From NCBI GenBank assembly GCA_050331235.1, contig JBHJHA010000008.1, positions 1-64,000 of the forward strand: a stretch of 64,000 bases of DNA. The letters are read 5' to 3'. Numbering within the stretch: position 1 is the first letter of the stretch; the number at the start of each line of letters is the position of its first letter. The notes beneath the pieces are model-generated. The model was not told where the DNA came from and made no database searches. It worked only from the letters and a program-made list of their open reading frames with translations. The DNA comes from Leptolyngbyaceae cyanobacterium (GTDB lineage: Bacteria; Cyanobacteriota; Cyanobacteriia; Phormidesmidales; Phormidesmidaceae). Positions 62,587-64,000 of the stretch are shown piece after piece. Both the position numbers and the translations under genes were made by a program.

Positions 62587-64000
62587 ATGGCAAAGTTTTC
62601 TTTTGGTCTCGTGCTATGTGTGGCCTATTTGGCTGGTTTGTTGCTGAGCCCGATCGCCGCTGTAGCCATATCTGAGACATGGGCTATGCCCGGGGCGGGG
62701 CTCGTTGGCTGTATCTGTCTCATGCTTTGGGGAGTGATTGCCCCACGCAGGCTCCGGTTGGGCTGGAGATCGTGGCAATGGGGGTGTTTGGGCGTTGTTG
62801 TGTTACTCGCCGCAACTTACCTCATCGTCAGAACTCCCACAGCTGGGCCCCAGGATATTAGTCGGTTAGTCTCCCGCGCCCAGGCGATCGCCCCTGACCA
62901 TGTCATTGTAGGGCGGTTAATTGAAGAGCCCCGGCTTAACCGAGAGGTCAAAAGTCGCTTTAGCGTAGCCGTTGAGCAATTACAGGTGCTCGATGCCGTT
63001 GGTGAGATCACGTTTCAAACGCCAGCTCGAGGTCGCGTTTACATGACGGCGCCGTTGCTCCAGACGACTGGTTTACATCAGGGCTATGCCATCAAAGCCA
63101 AAGGTCGCCTCTATCTGCCGGCCCCGGCCACCAATCCCCATGGTTTTGATTTTCAAGCCTATCTCCGTCAGCGAGAGATCTTTGCCGGATTTGTCGCTGC
63201 AGAAATTCACTATCGAGAGCAGCCGTATGGGGGGCTGTGGCGCATCCGGCAGCGGATTGTGCGAGCACAGGTTAGGGCTCTGGGCAGTCCATTGGGACAG
63301 TTGGTGAGCGCGATGTCGCTAGGGCGCAGGGCCGTTGACTTGCCCAGTGATATTCAGGATTTGTTTGCGCGGGTGGGGCTGGCTCATACCGTGGCAGCGT
63401 CAGGATTTCACGTGACGCTGCTGTTGGGGACAGTGCTGGCGTTACTGCGATCGCAGCCTGGACGGACGCAGGGAATCGTTGGCGCTGCGGTGCTGCTTGG
63501 CTATGTCACATTAACTGGTATTCAACCCAGTGTGGTTCGTGCGGCCATGATGGGCAGTGCTAGCCTGGTTAGCCTGGCTACCCAGCGCAAAGTAATTCCC
63601 AGTGGAGCGTTGATTGTTGCTGCGACTGTAATGTTGCTGGTTCATCCAATTTGGATTTGGGACATTGGTTTTCAGCTCAGCTTTGTCGCCACTTGGGGCT
63701 TAATCGTGACGGCTCCTAGAATTACCCAGTGGTTAGATTGGCTACCGACGACCCTGGCCTCGTTAGTTGCGGTCCCCATTGCGGCTACTGTCTGGACGTT
63801 GCCCATTACGCTGTTTCACTTTAATGTCTTCTCAAGTTTGAGCATTGGCCTCAATGTTATTACCGTGCCTTTGGTGACGGTCATTAGTTTGGGCGGCATT
63901 TGTAGCAGTGCGGTGACGCTGGTTGCTCCCTTTTTGGGAGAGCTGTTAGCTAACCTGCTCTATTATCCGGCTCAACTCTTGTTGACGTTGGCTCAGATTA
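62587..64000 (+). CDS. comEC: ComEC/Rec2 competence protein, truncated by window end (absent from ORF track)
   Basis: Hand translation from ATG 62587: NPHGFDFQAYL, GLAHTVAASGFHV, PSVVRAAMM, DIGFQLSFVAT. Confidence 0.93.
   Translation, partial: MAKFSFGLVLCVAYLAGLLLSPIAAVAISETWAMPGAGLVGCICLMLWGVIAPRRLRLGWRSWQWGCLGVVVLLAATYLIVRTPTAGPQDISRLVSRAQAIAPDHVIVGRLIEEPRLNREVKSRFSVAVEQLQVLDAVGEITFQTPARGRVYMTAPLLQTTGLHQGYAIKAKGRLYLPAPATNPHGFDFQAYLRQREIFAGFVAAEIHYREQPYGGLWRIRQRIVRAQVRALGSPLGQLVSAMSLGRRAVDLPSDIQDLFARVGLAHTVAASGFHVTLLLGTVLALLRSQPGRTQGIVGAAVLLGYVTLTGIQPSVVRAAMMGSASLVSLATQRKVIPSGALIVAATVMLLVHPIWIWDIGFQLSFVATWGLIVTAPRITQWLDWLPTTLASLVAVPIAATVWTLPITLFHFNVFSSLSIGLNVITVPLVTVISLGGICSSAVTLVAPFLGELLANLLYYPAQLLLTLAQI

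Overview
Chromosomal segment of a cyanobacterium, probably a filamentous Leptolyngbyaceae/Nodosilinea-like one (inferred from photosynthesis genes psaE, ndhO, acsF, psb35 and abundant HIP1 octamers GCGATCGC). It is mostly housekeeping genes: groEL2 with CIRCE, hemL, queG, ispF, trmD, glgC, mutM, rpsU, lnt, thrB, clpS, dapL and a comEC that runs off the window end. No rRNA, tRNA, CRISPR array or intact transposase was seen. The most notable part is a ~18 kb cluster (about 14.5-32.8 kb) of general-stress/desiccation-type genes: Cys-less rhodanese, Rieske-FAD oxidoreductase, GMC oxidoreductase, aeRF1-like/Balon-like factor, an unannotated acidic lipoprotein, DUF421, YihY, two MscS, CsbD, GAF-only + DUF3891 and a lipid kinase. 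Six promoters in this cluster share the same architecture, a 16-bp imperfect palindrome followed by exactly 22 bp and a TAN3T -10 box, which suggests one activator-controlled regulon. Other points of interest: a His-less GAF pseudokinase with an in-frame stop near its 5' end, a CPBP fusion with a possible papain-like His/Cys domain near lnt, a Coq4 homologue, and a membrane-anchored TPR protein with a 29-residue helical repeat. All family calls come from recognising motifs by eye; no database search was run.
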